Part shown: in pieces, positions 40,214 through 50,556 of the stretch
Layout of the letters: the number at the start of each line of letters is the position of its first letter
Numbering within the stretch: position 1 is the first letter of the stretch
Assembly (NCBI GenBank): GCA_965248445.1
Contig: CBDFJG010000003.1
Span: forward strand, 1,376,001-1,440,000
DNA: 64,000 nt
Reading direction: 5' to 3'
Origin: Planctomycetota bacterium
GTDB taxonomy: Bacteria; Planctomycetota; JAJSAM01; JAJVHW01
The notes under the pieces: model-generated
What the model was told of the DNA's origin: nothing
The model's database searches: none
What the model saw: the letters and a program-made list of their open reading frames with translations, nothing else
Translations under genes and position numbers: made by a program

Positions 40214-41200
40214 TCAGTCCTGATCCCGTCGCATGAGCTCGCGTGGATACGGACGCAGGTAGGTCTGGTTCCGTGCCCAGTCACGCTCGGGGAGAAGCCG
40301 CAGGCGATCCGCGAGCAGCGCCAGGGGGACCTGCAGCGGCTCCGCACCCGACCCGTACGCGTCGATGGCGCCCGCCAGCTCCGCACGGTCAGGTGTGTCG
40401 AGCCGCCCCGAGACATGCCCGGCGAAGTGCCGCAGCACGTTCACGTGGCGCCCGCGCGTCGCGTGGACGGACAGGCAGTCCATGAGCAGGTCTCCGTACG
40501 CATCGACTGTCCGGTTGATGCCGGCATCCCCGACTCCCGCAACCAGCCCATCGAGTGCTCGATAGCTCGCTGGCGAGTGTGAGAGCAGCTGGTACTTGTG
40601 CTGCGCGTGAAAGTGGATCAGGTCGCGGGCCCGTGGTGCGATCGACAGCAGCTCGCGCCAGCGGCGCCGCGCGAACACGCGCTCCACGAACGACTCGCGC
40701 AGGGAGGGATCATCCAGCCGGCCTTCTTCCTCTACCGGCAGCGCCGGGAGCCCGTCGGCGCCCACGCCGGCGAAGAGGCCGCGACCCTCGTGCTTGGCCG
40801 GCTTCGTCGGTCCGGGATAGACCTTCACCCGGAAGAGCCCGCACGACGGCGAGTTGCTCTTGAACAGGTAGCCGTCGAGTCCGGCAACGCGCAGGCCACC
40901 GACGCGCTGCGCCGACCACGCAGACATCTCGTCGGTGAGGTCCCGCCGAGACTCGTTGGCGATCATCCGCGGTGACTCCGCGGTCCCTTCGAGGCGGACC
41001 GACTCGCGCGGGACGCCGAGTCCGAACTCGACCTCGGGACACACGGGGACCCCGTCGCAGAACTTCCCGAGCACATCGGTAGCGAACGGGTCGCGCTTGT
41101 GCCCGCCGTCGTGGCGGACCCGCTCACCCAGCAGACACGCGCTCACGCCCAGCCTCGGCCGGTCCGGAGCATCGGATACGCGGGTCTCGTCGGAGGTCAT
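40214..41200 (-). CDS. DUF523/DUF1722 (YbgA-like) protein
   Basis: GVSACLLGERVRHDGGH, VCPEVEFGLGVPRE, KSNSPSCG, FHAQHKY.LLSH, QTYL.PYP. Confidence 0.92.
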   Translation of the reverse strand: MTSDETRVSDAPDRPRLGVSACLLGERVRHDGGHKRDPFATDVLGKFCDGVPVCPEVEFGLGVPRESVRLEGTAESPRMIANESRRDLTDEMSAWSAQRVGGLRVAGLDGYLFKSNSPSCGLFRVKVYPGPTKPAKHEGRGLFAGVGADGLPALPVEEEGRLDDPSLRESFVERVFARRRWRELLSIAPRARDLIHFHAQHKYQLLSHSPASYRALDGLVAGVGDAGINRTVDAYGDLLMDCLSVHATRGRHVNVLRHFAGHVSGRLDTPDRAELAGAIDAYGSGAEPLQVPLALLADRLRLLPERDWARNQTYLRPYPRELMRRDQD

Positions 41201-41310
41201 CTGCTCATTCTCCGCGCGGAATCCTGTAGGCGTGAGACCCCTGTCCCGTTTCCGATCATGGGTCGCACGAGGACGCAGGTCGCGTTCGCGTCGCCCCGGA
41301 GGTTCCTGCC

Positions 41311-41742
41311 ATGCCATATCCCGAAGAGATGGTCGCCCCTATGCGCGCCGAGGTCGTGGACCTGGGCGTCCAGGAGCTCCGTACCGCCGCCGACGTCAAG
41401 GAGGCCATGGCCGACTCGACGGGGACGTCACTGTACTTCATCAACTCGGTCTGTGGCTGCGCCGCAGGCTCGGCGCGACCCGGCCTCGCCGCGTCGCTGC
41501 GCAACCCGAAGCGTCCCGATCGCATCTACACCGTGTTCGCGGGCCAGGACGCGGAGGCGACGGCCGAGGTGCGCAACAACATCCTCGGCATCCCGCCGAG
41601 CTCGCCGGCGATCGCGCTGTTCAAGAACGGCGCCCTGGTCGAGATGGTCGAGCGCCATCACATCCAGGGCGCATCGCCCGAGCAGCTCGGTCAGAGCCTG
41701 GCCGGTCTCTACGACGAGCACTGCTCATCGTCCGGAGTCTAG
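41311..41742 (+). CDS. BrxA/BrxB-family bacilliredoxin
   Basis: MVAPMRAE, INSVCGCAAGSARPG, TVFAGQD.EAT, PPSSP.IALFK.G, ERHHI.G. Confidence 0.92.
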   Translation: MPYPEEMVAPMRAEVVDLGVQELRTAADVKEAMADSTGTSLYFINSVCGCAAGSARPGLAASLRNPKRPDRIYTVFAGQDAEATAEVRNNILGIPPSSPAIALFKNGALVEMVERHHIQGASPEQLGQSLAGLYDEHCSSSGV

Positions 41743-41775
41743 GCGCCCGGCGTCTAGGCGGTTCGACGCTGCAGC

Positions 41776-41801
41776 GGGCGGGGGTGGAACCCCGCCCCTA
41801 C
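41776..41801 (-). repeat. GTAG-type REP
   Basis: Exact reverse complement of 11507-11532. Confidence 0.8.
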
Positions 41802-42322
41802 GAACTCGGGAACGCTTGCGCGTGCCAGGACTCGTGGAACGGCAGCTCGAACTGCCCGCCGCGCCACGACTCCATCCGTGAGATGGCCGTGTCGAACACG
41901 GGCGTGTTGGCACCGATCTCGCCTGAGGCCACCTTCTCGGCGAACTCGTGCCGTCGGAGCGACGCAACCGCGCCGTCACTTGCGCGGTAGTGCATCGTCA
42001 TGCGGTCGACGAGCTTGAGCCCCGTCTCGCGCTCGAGCCGCATGATGAACGACATCATGGCGTCGACGCTGCAGCCGTCCATGCCGATGCGCGTCTCGTC
42101 CGACCCGACGAACAGGAATCGGTCCTCGACCAGTTCGTAGCAGCCGCGGATCTCCGCCTGCTTCATGACCCACTTCTCGAGCACCTTGTCCATCACCGCC
42201 ACGAGTTGCTTGCGCTCCTCGGGCGTGAAGGCACGCGGCGCGGCGTACACCCAGATGCGCGCATCGTCTCCGAGCGCTTCGAACGTGGTCTTCGTGTCGC
42301 GGCTGGGTGCTGGTCCGGGCAT
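41798..42322 (-). CDS. Conserved hypothetical protein
   Basis: ARIWVYAAPRAFT, GCSVD, TPVFD, P..ESWH pattern. Confidence 0.75.
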   Translation of the reverse strand: MPGPAPSRDTKTTFEALGDDARIWVYAAPRAFTPEERKQLVAVMDKVLEKWVMKQAEIRGCYELVEDRFLFVGSDETRIGMDGCSVDAMMSFIMRLERETGLKLVDRMTMHYRASDGAVASLRRHEFAEKVASGEIGANTPVFDTAISRMESWRGGQFELPFHESWHAQAFPSS

Positions 42323-42415
42323 GCCCCTGTCCTAACCGCTCAGGAGGCCGCTCACCCAGTCGATTACGGGCCGGGCAATCGGCAATGAGCGAGCCGGACG
42401 GGCTTCAAGCGGCAG

Positions 42416-43372
42416 GTGCGCGCAACCGATCTCGATCCCATGGGAACGCGCACTGTCGAACGGGAGACCGCCGGGCTCGCAGAGCGAGACGCTCTCCCTA
42501 GACGACCGCGCGGGGCGCACGCCCGCGTGGTGCTGGGGCGCCTCGCGCTTGGAGCACTCGGCTGGGCCGTCCTGGCCCCGATGGCGCCCGCCTTCGTTCC
42601 TGAGGGCGCCGCTCGGTCGACGGTGGAACGCTGCATCTCCGAGCCCGTGCGGGACGGTTGGAGCTGGGCGATCGGATGGACCCGCGGTCCCACGTGCTGC
42701 GGAGGCGACGAGACGAGCGCAATCGTGACACTCAGGAGCCTCCACTCGGCCCAGACTCGCTTCCAGGATGCCGCGATCATCGACTTGGATCGCGACGGTG
42801 TAGGTGAGTTCGGGTCGCTGAGCGAGATGAGCGGAGGAGTCGCCGTACGAGGCAGCGATGCCTGCGAGGCGGGATGCAGGAAACACGTCCACCGGACCGG
42901 CGACGCAGCGGAACCGTGCATCCGGAGGCCGAACAGCTGCAGCCCTCACCGTGCCGTGGAGGGCGCCGTACGTAGCGCTCTGTTGTCCGGAGTCTTTCGA
43001 AACGCCGATCGCTTCGGCGTGGTGATGCGGAGCGGATTCTCGTTTCGCGTGTATCTGATCGATTCCGAGGGATCCCCGGTCTCACCGGACTGCCGCGGCA
43101 TGACCAGTGACCGCGTGACCGCTGACTCGGGAGAGAGCCGCTGGATTGCGTATGCGTGGCCGAACAACCCATCGGGCGAGTACGCGAACCGCACGTTCGC
43201 GGTCGACCAGACCGGGAGTATTTCGTGGACACGCAATTCCGCCTATCTGGGTTCGCGCTTCGGGCCTCCGGCCGGCGCCGCGCTCGGGGGCGGGGGCTTC
43301 GACGCGGCGGGCGGCGCACTCGTCACCGCGGGCGTGGGACAAGACGGCGCGACATGGACGGACGCCTACTGA
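42416..43372 (+). CDS. Pilin/DUF2950-like protein
   Basis: DETSAIVTLRSLHSAQ..F, DLDRDGVGEFGSL.EM, SGF.FRVYL, YAWP, RTFAVDQ.G; start uncertain. Confidence 0.6.
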   Translation: MRATDLDPMGTRTVERETAGLAERDALPRRPRGAHARVVLGRLALGALGWAVLAPMAPAFVPEGAARSTVERCISEPVRDGWSWAIGWTRGPTCCGGDETSAIVTLRSLHSAQTRFQDAAIIDLDRDGVGEFGSLSEMSGGVAVRGSDACEAGCRKHVHRTGDAAEPCIRRPNSCSPHRAVEGAVRSALLSGVFRNADRFGVVMRSGFSFRVYLIDSEGSPVSPDCRGMTSDRVTADSGESRWIAYAWPNNPSGEYANRTFAVDQTGSISWTRNSAYLGSRFGPPAGAALGGGGFDAAGGALVTAGVGQDGATWTDAY

Positions 43373-43379
43373 GCTGCGG

Positions 43380-43784
43380 TCATCCCGAGGTCCGCGGCTC
43401 GCGACGCTTGGTCTTTTTCGGCTTCCTCGGCTTCTTCGGCTTCTTCTTCGGAGGCAGCGTGCGCGTCCAGGTTGCCGACCGGTCGAACCAGGACGCGAGC
43501 TTCGGGAGATCGACGTGCCAGGCGGCGGGCAGGACCACGTACTCCTTCATGGGGCGTCCCCCCATCGGATCGAAGCGCGACGCGCCCTTGATCGCGAGGA
43601 GCTCGTCGCGCTCCTCCTCCGGCAGGCGCACGAAGAGCTGCTTGCCGAAGATCCCGGCGAACATGTTCCCGCCGACGAAGCCGGCGGCATTGCCGAACAT
43701 CTTCTTCACCTCGGCGCCGTCCACCGCCGCGACGAGTTGGTCGAGTAGCTCCCGCGTCCCGGGGTCGGCCTTCGCGAATCCCAT
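43380..43784 (-). CDS. TfoX/Sxy N-terminal-domain protein
   Basis: KKMFG...FVGGNMFAGI, FDPMGGRPMKEYVVLP, LPPK. Confidence 0.85.
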   Translation of the reverse strand: MGFAKADPGTRELLDQLVAAVDGAEVKKMFGNAAGFVGGNMFAGIFGKQLFVRLPEEERDELLAIKGASRFDPMGGRPMKEYVVLPAAWHVDLPKLASWFDRSATWTRTLPPKKKPKKPRKPKKTKRREPRTSG

Positions 43785-43805
43785 GCGATCCTCCGTGCTC
43801 GTCCG

Positions 43806-44435
43806 TCAGATGATGACGGGTGGCGTGTGGTGCGTCCCTCGGTAAGGCAAGCGCCGCAACACCTCGACGCGGAACGAACCGTCGTCGCGGATGACCTCTC
43901 GCAACAGATAGGGACCCGACTTGGCGCCCGAGCTGAGCCACACCGGCCGATCAAAGTGCCACTCGTCGCCGTGTCTCTCGGCCGACGAGAACTCCGGGAT
44001 GCCCCAGGCTTCCGCGTCCTCCGCCAGGAACGTGGCGGCGCCGTAGAAGCGCCGGCGTTCGCGTTCAAAGACCAACGGTGTCCCGGCGATCCGCACGTTC
44101 AGCGCCCGAATCAGGCCGAACGCTTGAAGCGCATCCACATCGGTGTCGCGCGGCCGCATCAGTGTCAGCGCTTGCGCCGGCGTTCGAATCAGATACAGAT
44201 CCCCGTCGTGCTCGATCGCGCTCGATCGCGGCGGGATGATCACGTGGCGCTGGGCCACGTCGAAGACCTGAACACCGTCTTGCAGGAATGGGTGCGACAA
44301 GGCGCGTCCGCGACGCCACTTCGCGTCCTCGATCGGCGGATGGCTCGTGATCTCCGAGATCGGTGAGTCACCGGTCGACGCGCAGGCGCCGAGCGCCAGA
44401 ATCACCAACAGCACCGCCGTCACCGCGTTTCGCAT
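43806..44435 (-). CDS. Hypothetical lipoprotein
   Basis: MRNAVTAVLLVILALGAC lipobox. Confidence 0.65.
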   Translation of the reverse strand: MRNAVTAVLLVILALGACASTGDSPISEITSHPPIEDAKWRRGRALSHPFLQDGVQVFDVAQRHVIIPPRSSAIEHDGDLYLIRTPAQALTLMRPRDTDVDALQAFGLIRALNVRIAGTPLVFERERRRFYGAATFLAEDAEAWGIPEFSSAERHGDEWHFDRPVWLSSGAKSGPYLLREVIRDDGSFRVEVLRRLPYRGTHHTPPVII

Positions 44436-44454
44436 GGCCGTCAGCGTGGTTCCG

Positions 44455-45240
44455 TCAGCTCTCGAAAATCTGCGCGATGCCGCCGAGCACGGAGCCCTCG
44501 CCCTTGCTCGAGCCGCCGGCGCGTGGCGCGTGGGCAATGATCGTGTTGGCGAGGCGCGAGAACGGGAGGCTCTGCAGCCAGACGCGGCCGTGGCCGCTGA
44601 GCGTCGCGAGGAACAGGCCTTCGCCGCCGAACAGCATCGACTTGAGGCCGCCCGCCCGCTCGATGTCGTATTCGATGCTCGGGCTGAACGCGACGATGCA
44701 GCCCGTGTCTACGCGCAGCGTCTCGCCGTTCAGCTCGCGCTCGACGACGGTTCCGCCCGCGTGCATGAAGGCCATGCCGTCACCCTGCAGGCGCTGCAGG
44801 ATGAAGCCCTCGCCGCCGAAGAACCCGGCGCCGAGCTTCTTCTGGAACGCGATCGTGACCTGCGTACCGAGCGCGGCGCACAGGAACGCGTCCTTCTGGC
44901 AGATCAGGTCGCCGCCGACGTCATCGAGGTCGGTGGCGATGATCTTGCCGGGATACGGCGCGGCGAACGCGACGTGCCGCTTGCGGTCACCGTTGTTGGT
45001 GAAGTGCGTCATGAAGATTGACTCGCCCGTGAGCACGCGCTTGCCGACCTGCAGGAGCTTGCCGAAGATGCCCTTGTCGGGCTGCGCGCCGTCGCCCATG
45101 CGCGCTTCGAAGGAGATGCCGTCCTCCATGTAGTTCATGGCGCCGGCCTCGGCGATCACTGTCTCGCCCGGGTCGAGCTCGATCTCGACCATCTGCAGAT
45201 CGTCTCCGATGATCTGGAAGTCCACCTCGTGACTGCGCAT
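44455..45240 (-). CDS. TIGR00266/AIM24-family protein
   Basis: [49 protein letters not shown]; alternative start at 45270. Confidence 0.92.
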   Translation of the reverse strand: MRSHEVDFQIIGDDLQMVEIELDPGETVIAEAGAMNYMEDGISFEARMGDGAQPDKGIFGKLLQVGKRVLTGESIFMTHFTNNGDRKRHVAFAAPYPGKIIATDLDDVGGDLICQKDAFLCAALGTQVTIAFQKKLGAGFFGGEGFILQRLQGDGMAFMHAGGTVVERELNGETLRVDTGCIVAFSPSIEYDIERAGGLKSMLFGGEGLFLATLSGHGRVWLQSLPFSRLANTIIAHAPRAGGSSKGEGSVLGGIAQIFES

Positions 45241-45327
45241 ACCGCCCCCTGTGTTCGCCAGCTCGGACATCACTCACCTCCCGTTGCGATCGGGCCATCC
45301 GATGCAACCCCTCAGATACTGCCGGGT

Positions 45328-46311
45328 TCAGACCGCTCTCGAAAGGAGCCCGTCAGCCAGTTCCGCTGCAACGTGGTGCGCCGACCTGTCTTCGGCCTCC
45401 GCCCGAGCGAGCACGCTCCGCACCCGTTCCGGGATGGCGAGCAGACGGGCCTCCACCAATTCGCTCTCCCCCAGCGCATCGGAGGCGCCCTTGATGACCG
45501 CGCCCGCGTTCGCGAGGACATCGGGGACGTACTGGATGCCACGTGCGTGCAGCCGGTCCGCGTCCGCCTCCTCGGCGAACGGGTTGTTGGTTCCGCCGCA
45601 GACGAGCCGGCACGAGAGGAGAGGGATGGTCTGCGCCGTGAGCACCGCACCCGTGGCGCACGGCGACCAGACATCGCACGGGACGCCGTACGCGTCCTTC
45701 GGCGCAACGACCTGAGCGCCGGGCACGCTGCAAGCCGCGCTCTCGCTCATGTCGCTCACCGTCACAGCCGTACCGTTCTTGAGCAGATCCGTAGCGACGC
45801 CGTGGCCGACGGCGCCCAGTCCCTGCACCAGCGCCGTCGCTGGATCCAGAACGGCGCGGATCGACGCGAGCACGCTACGCGCCGTCCAGGATCCGAGGTC
45901 GCGGCAGGCGAAGTGCTCGGTCGCGGAAGACACGTTGCTCTCGTCCTCGGCGCTGAATCCCATGTCCGCGCCGCAGTGGTACCGGCCGCGGAGCGACTGC
46001 ACGAACGCGCCGAGCCGCCGCATCACGTCCGCGCGCTGCTCACTCGTCCACCCCGACGCCGGCACACACACGACGCTCTTCGCCCCGCCGGCCGGGATGT
46101 CCGAGAGGATGACCTTGCGGCTCATCGTACGGGACAGGAGACGAGCGTCGTCGATCGCGGCTCCCTCGTCCCGGTACTCCTGCACGCGAATGCCGCCGAA
46201 CGCCTTCCCGTGAACAGCACGGTGGATCACGACGAACGCCGTCGCCACGCCCAGTTCCAGACGGTAGGCATCGTCCCAGCCGGCGATCTCGAAGCGCGCG
46301 GGTTCTGTCAA
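45328..46311 (-). CDS. Glu/Leu/Phe/Val dehydrogenase
   Basis: GGIR, GGAKSV, VQGLGAVG, PCATG, GGTNN, YVPDVLANAGAVI; TTG start overlaps the helicase stop. Confidence 0.9.
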   Translation of the reverse strand: MTEPARFEIAGWDDAYRLELGVATAFVVIHRAVHGKAFGGIRVQEYRDEGAAIDDARLLSRTMSRKVILSDIPAGGAKSVVCVPASGWTSEQRADVMRRLGAFVQSLRGRYHCGADMGFSAEDESNVSSATEHFACRDLGSWTARSVLASIRAVLDPATALVQGLGAVGHGVATDLLKNGTAVTVSDMSESAACSVPGAQVVAPKDAYGVPCDVWSPCATGAVLTAQTIPLLSCRLVCGGTNNPFAEEADADRLHARGIQYVPDVLANAGAVIKGASDALGESELVEARLLAIPERVRSVLARAEAEDRSAHHVAAELADGLLSRAV

Positions 46312-49300
46312 GCGACGACAACCTCGCCGCGCGTCGCGGGCGAGATCCACTCGCCGGGAGTGAGGATGCCCCGCAGGTTCAGCGGATCGGCGGCGGCGAC
46401 GGTCAAGGGCGCGAACTCCGGCTCCCCGTCCTTCCTTCGCGCCGCGCGCAGGGGCTTCACAGCACCGGGTAGCGCGTACTGCTCGCCGGAGAACCCCGCG
46501 ACGAAGCGGCCGCCGCGGACCTCGCCCCGCAGTTCCATCCGCCGGAGCACCTTCAGCAACAACCGCCACGGCACGGCGATGCGCTCGCGCAGCGTGACGC
46601 GCCGGAACACGACGCCCCATCGTCGCAGGAGCAGTCGAGCGACGACTTCGGCAGCGGCTTCGTCGGGTGCCACCACGTCCTCCGACCGGAACGGGCTCCA
46701 CCGGCCGACGGCGGGCATCCCGACGAGCGTGTTGCGACGGCGAGAGGGCGGGATGATCAAGCGGCGCAGTCCGGCGAACGAGTCGCACGATGCCAGACCG
46801 TGCGCAACGAGATCGCCGAGCCCCTTGTCCAGTTGCGCGGGTAGGAGGCCGCTGGTGCGGACGAGATCCTGGGCGAACGCAGCGCCTCGGCGACGCAAGG
46901 CCTCATGAGCGTGCTCACCGTCCCGCTGCAGGTCGGCAGAGTCGGCGGGACCCGCCAGCCCCTCCAGCACATGCAGCCACTCGCGCGGCACAAACGCGAT
47001 GGGCGTCGCGCGAATGGCCGAGCGTCCCGCACCCCACAGCCGCCCCCACGCGAATTCGCCCGACAGCGTTACGTGATCCAACCACTCCCTCCGGTAGCCG
47101 CGGACACGCGTCTTCAGGATCGACGCTTCCCACGAAGCAGCCGGCGCCTCGTAACCGGCGAGCTGGCGCAGCACCTCTGCGACCCCGGGCTGACCATCGA
47201 GGAGATGCTCCGGGTCGACGTGCTGCCACCGCCCGAGGAAGCGCAGGAAGTCGGCTGCGGGGACCGGACGGATCTCACGGCGTAGCCGGTCGAGCGTGTA
47301 GCGGTGCACGCGCGCGAGCAAGCGCCGCTGACACCAGAGCGTCTCGCCCTCGTGCCGGACGCGCAAGACGTCGCCCCGCTGCTCGAGCTGGAGCAGCATC
47401 GCTTCGGTCGCGCCCACGCGCTCTGCGGGGACGGGGCCGAGTGCTTCCAAGCGGCTGCGCACGATCTCGAGAGGGTCCCGCGACGCCTCGGCCGCGAACC
47501 ACCGGCCGTCCTCGCAGACGACGCGCCCGGCGACCCGCAGTTCATCGAGCCACGCGCTCCACGGTGCGCCCTCGGCGGCCGTGAGGAAGCCCATCCAGAG
47601 CAGCGCCTCGTGGACCTCGTCGGCGGAGTCCGCGTCCGGCCACGCCTCCTCGCACACGCGGCGCACGGCCTCCGCGTCGAGCGCACCGAGGGAATCGGCC
47701 CTCGCCTCCGTCAGCGCGTGACGCGTCTGCACCGCGCGGGTGCGGCGCTCCTCGAGCGGCGCGTCATCGAGGAACGTGTAGACGGGGCCGTTCAGGATCG
47801 CGAGCGCAAGCACAGACGGCGACGGCCGGTCGATTGCCACGCGCTCGATCGAGCCGTCGCGCAGACCGCGCAGCACGTCGAGGAAACCGTCGACGTCCAT
47901 CGCCTCGAACAGGCAGTCCTCGACGGTCTGCCGAACGAGCGGCCGGTCCATCGGGATCTCGAGCGGCCCGTGGTCGAGAGTTTCGGGGCACGCCAGCACT
48001 GCGGGGAACTGCTGCGCGAGCGCGTCGTCGGCCCGCATCCGCAGCAGCGGCGCCGGCACGCGGCGGCCCCCCTGGAAACGCGGGACCACGAGCGCCCTCG
48101 TCACGTTCCAGCGCCACCGGGTTCCGAACATGGGCGCCGGCAGCATCGCCTGCACGAGCACCTCGCGCGCGGTGTTCGGGTGCAGGTAGTCGAACACCTC
48201 CTCGAGCGGGAAGCTGTGCTGCAGTCCGATCGACAGGACGATCGACTCCTCGTTCGCCGCGGCTTGCAGCTCGAACCCGAACCCGACGCAGAACTTCTTC
48301 CGCAGAGCGAGTCCCAGCGCGCGGTTCACGCGACTACCGAACGGGGCGTGCAGCACGACCTGCATCCCTCCCGTCTCGTCGAAGAACCTCTCGAGCACGA
48401 GCCGCTCTCGAGTGGGCATGGCGCCCAGCTCCTCGAAGCCCTGATCGAGGTAGGCCTCGACTTGCTCGGCCGCTGACTCCGGTATCCCGGGATCTGCGGT
48501 CATCTCCGCAACCCTGGGACGCTCTTCGCGCAGACGCGAGAGCGCGTCGGACAACTCCGCCGACCGCGCAGGCGCCTCGCCGACCCAGAACGGCAGCGAC
48601 GGCGGCGCTCCCTCGGCGTCGGCAACGCGCATCACGCCCTCGGAGACGCGCAACACGCGCCAGGACGTCGCGCCGAGCTCGAAGATGTCGCCCGCAGACG
48701 ACTCGATCGCGAAGTCCTCGTGGACCTGGCCCACGAGCGTGCCGGCGGGCTCCTCGAGAACGCGGTACTGCGCGTTGTCGGGGATCGCCCCACCGCCGGT
48801 GATGGCGGGGATGCGCGCACGGCGCGTGGCGCGCAGCCGGCCGCCGACGCTGTCGCGGTGCAGCAACGCGCGTCGGCCCTCCGTGTGGACGTGCACGGTC
48901 TCGTCGAATTCGGCGCGGGTCAACTCGCGATACGGCCACGCTCGCAGCAGGCGCGCGTACAACTCGTCCTCGACCTGCTCGTCCCCGACACATTCGGCCA
49001 CGATGTGCTGGAGCAGGATATCGAGCGGCGCCCGCGGCTGCGGCGTGCGGTCGAGGTCGCCTGCGCGTACGGAGCGGAACAGTGCGACCGACGCGACCAG
49101 TTCGTCGCGGGTGAGCGGGAAGATGCGACCTCGCGGAACGCGCCCGAGCGCGTGACCGGCTCGACCGACGCGCTGCAGGAACGCTGCGATGGTCGGCGTC
49201 ATCGCGCACTGGATGACCAGATCGACGTCGCCGACGTCGATCCCGAGTTCGAGCGATGCGGTCGAGACCAGAGCCCGCAGACGCCCGGCCTTGAGACGCT

Positions 49301-50234
49301 GCTCCGCGTCGAGGCGCCGCTCCTTCGACAGACTCCCGTGATGGCAGGCGACGAGGCTCTTGCCAACGACTTCTTCGAGCCGAGCGCTCACCCGTTCCGC
49401 GAGCTTGCGTGTGTTGACGAAGACGAGCGTCGTCCGGTGATCAGCGACGAGTTCGGCGATGCGCCCGTAGATCTCCTCCCACGTCTCGTGAGAACAGACG
49501 GTCTCGAGGGGCGTCTCCGGCACCTCGATCGCGATGTCGATCTCGCGCAGGTGTCCGGCGTCGACCTCGACGCAGTCGCGCCCGACTCCGACGAGGAAGC
49601 GCGCGACGTCGGAAAGCGGCTTCTGCGTCGCCGAGAGGCCGACACGCTGAACCGGTGTCCCCGCAAGACCCGACAGCCGCTCGAGGGAGAGCGACAGGTG
49701 CGAGCCGCGCTTGCTGCCGAGCACGGCGTGGATCTCGTCCACGATCACCGTCCGCACCGTCGACAGCATGGCGCGGCCGGACTGCGAGGTGAGCAGGATG
49801 TAGAGCGACTCCGGCGTCGTGACCAGGACGTGCGGCGGGCGGCGCCGCATCTTGGCGCGCTCGCTCTGCCGCGTGTCGCCCGATCGGACCAGAACGCGCA
49901 CTTCCGGGAGTGCGGGGTCCATCTCGCGCATTTCAGCGAGTGGCGCCCGCAGGTTCTTCTGGACGTCGTTGCCGAGCGCCTTGAGCGGCGAGATGTAGAG
50001 CACTCGTGTCTCGTCGGGGAGGTCCCCACCATCACCCGGCCCTGGTTCGGAGAACAGTTCGTCGAGCGCGTGCAGGAACGCCGCAAGCGTCTTGCCCGAG
50101 CCCGTCGGCGCGGCAATCAGCGTGTGCCGCCCGGCGCGGATCTCCGGCCATCCGCGGCGCTGCGGCTCGGTGACGGTGTCGAATCGGCTCTCGAACCAGC
50201 GGCGGACGGTCGGATGGAAGGCGGTGAGCGGCAA
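46308..50234 (-). CDS. lhr: Lhr-type ATP-dependent SF2 helicase
   Basis: APTGSGKT, TTPESL, DEIH, GLSATQ, HHGSLS, LELGID, QRVGRAGH; C-terminal RGGRFVAGFSGEQYALP. Confidence 0.92.
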   Translation of the reverse strand: MPLTAFHPTVRRWFESRFDTVTEPQRRGWPEIRAGRHTLIAAPTGSGKTLAAFLHALDELFSEPGPGDGGDLPDETRVLYISPLKALGNDVQKNLRAPLAEMREMDPALPEVRVLVRSGDTRQSERAKMRRRPPHVLVTTPESLYILLTSQSGRAMLSTVRTVIVDEIHAVLGSKRGSHLSLSLERLSGLAGTPVQRVGLSATQKPLSDVARFLVGVGRDCVEVDAGHLREIDIAIEVPETPLETVCSHETWEEIYGRIAELVADHRTTLVFVNTRKLAERVSARLEEVVGKSLVACHHGSLSKERRLDAEQRLKAGRLRALVSTASLELGIDVGDVDLVIQCAMTPTIAAFLQRVGRAGHALGRVPRGRIFPLTRDELVASVALFRSVRAGDLDRTPQPRAPLDILLQHIVAECVGDEQVEDELYARLLRAWPYRELTRAEFDETVHVHTEGRRALLHRDSVGGRLRATRRARIPAITGGGAIPDNAQYRVLEEPAGTLVGQVHEDFAIESSAGDIFELGATSWRVLRVSEGVMRVADAEGAPPSLPFWVGEAPARSAELSDALSRLREERPRVAEMTADPGIPESAAEQVEAYLDQGFEELGAMPTRERLVLERFFDETGGMQVVLHAPFGSRVNRALGLALRKKFCVGFGFELQAAANEESIVLSIGLQHSFPLEEVFDYLHPNTAREVLVQAMLPAPMFGTRWRWNVTRALVVPRFQGGRRVPAPLLRMRADDALAQQFPAVLACPETLDHGPLEIPMDRPLVRQTVEDCLFEAMDVDGFLDVLRGLRDGSIERVAIDRPSPSVLALAILNGPVYTFLDDAPLEERRTRAVQTRHALTEARADSLGALDAEAVRRVCEEAWPDADSADEVHEALLWMGFLTAAEGAPWSAWLDELRVAGRVVCEDGRWFAAEASRDPLEIVRSRLEALGPVPAERVGATEAMLLQLEQRGDVLRVRHEGETLWCQRRLLARVHRYTLDRLRREIRPVPAADFLRFLGRWQHVDPEHLLDGQPGVAEVLRQLAGYEAPAASWEASILKTRVRGYRREWLDHVTLSGEFAWGRLWGAGRSAIRATPIAFVPREWLHVLEGLAGPADSADLQRDGEHAHEALRRRGAAFAQDLVRTSGLLPAQLDKGLGDLVAHGLASCDSFAGLRRLIIPPSRRRNTLVGMPAVGRWSPFRSEDVVAPDEAAAEVVARLLLRRWGVVFRRVTLRERIAVPWRLLLKVLRRMELRGEVRGGRFVAGFSGEQYALPGAVKPLRAARRKDGEPEFAPLTVAAADPLNLRGILTPGEWISPATRGEVVVA

Positions 50235-50268
50235 GGGACCGGGGATCCTAACGTTCCGGGCCCCATCG

Positions 50269-50556
50269 ATGACGACGTCTGACCTGTACGACGACCATCT
50301 CCCCTGGCCGCGTCCGGACCGTCCGTTCGCGATGCACCAGCGGTGGTGCGACCTCCTGTTCGCGCACTGGCCTGTACCCGTCGCGGCGCTCCGACCGCTC
50401 GTGCCTGCGGGGCTGGAGATCGACACTTTCGACGGTGAAGCCTGGCTCGGCGTCGTTCCGTTCCGCATGAGCGGCGTGCGGCTCCGCGGGCTCCCCGCGG
50501 TCCCGGGCACGTCGGCGTTCCCAGAGCTCAACGTCCGGACGTACGTGCGGCACGGA
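50269..50556 (+). pseudogene. YqjF/DUF2071-family gene truncated by IS66
   Basis: MHQRWCDLLFAHWP, DTFDGEAWLGVVPFRM, FPELNVRTYV ends at the IS. Confidence 0.85.
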
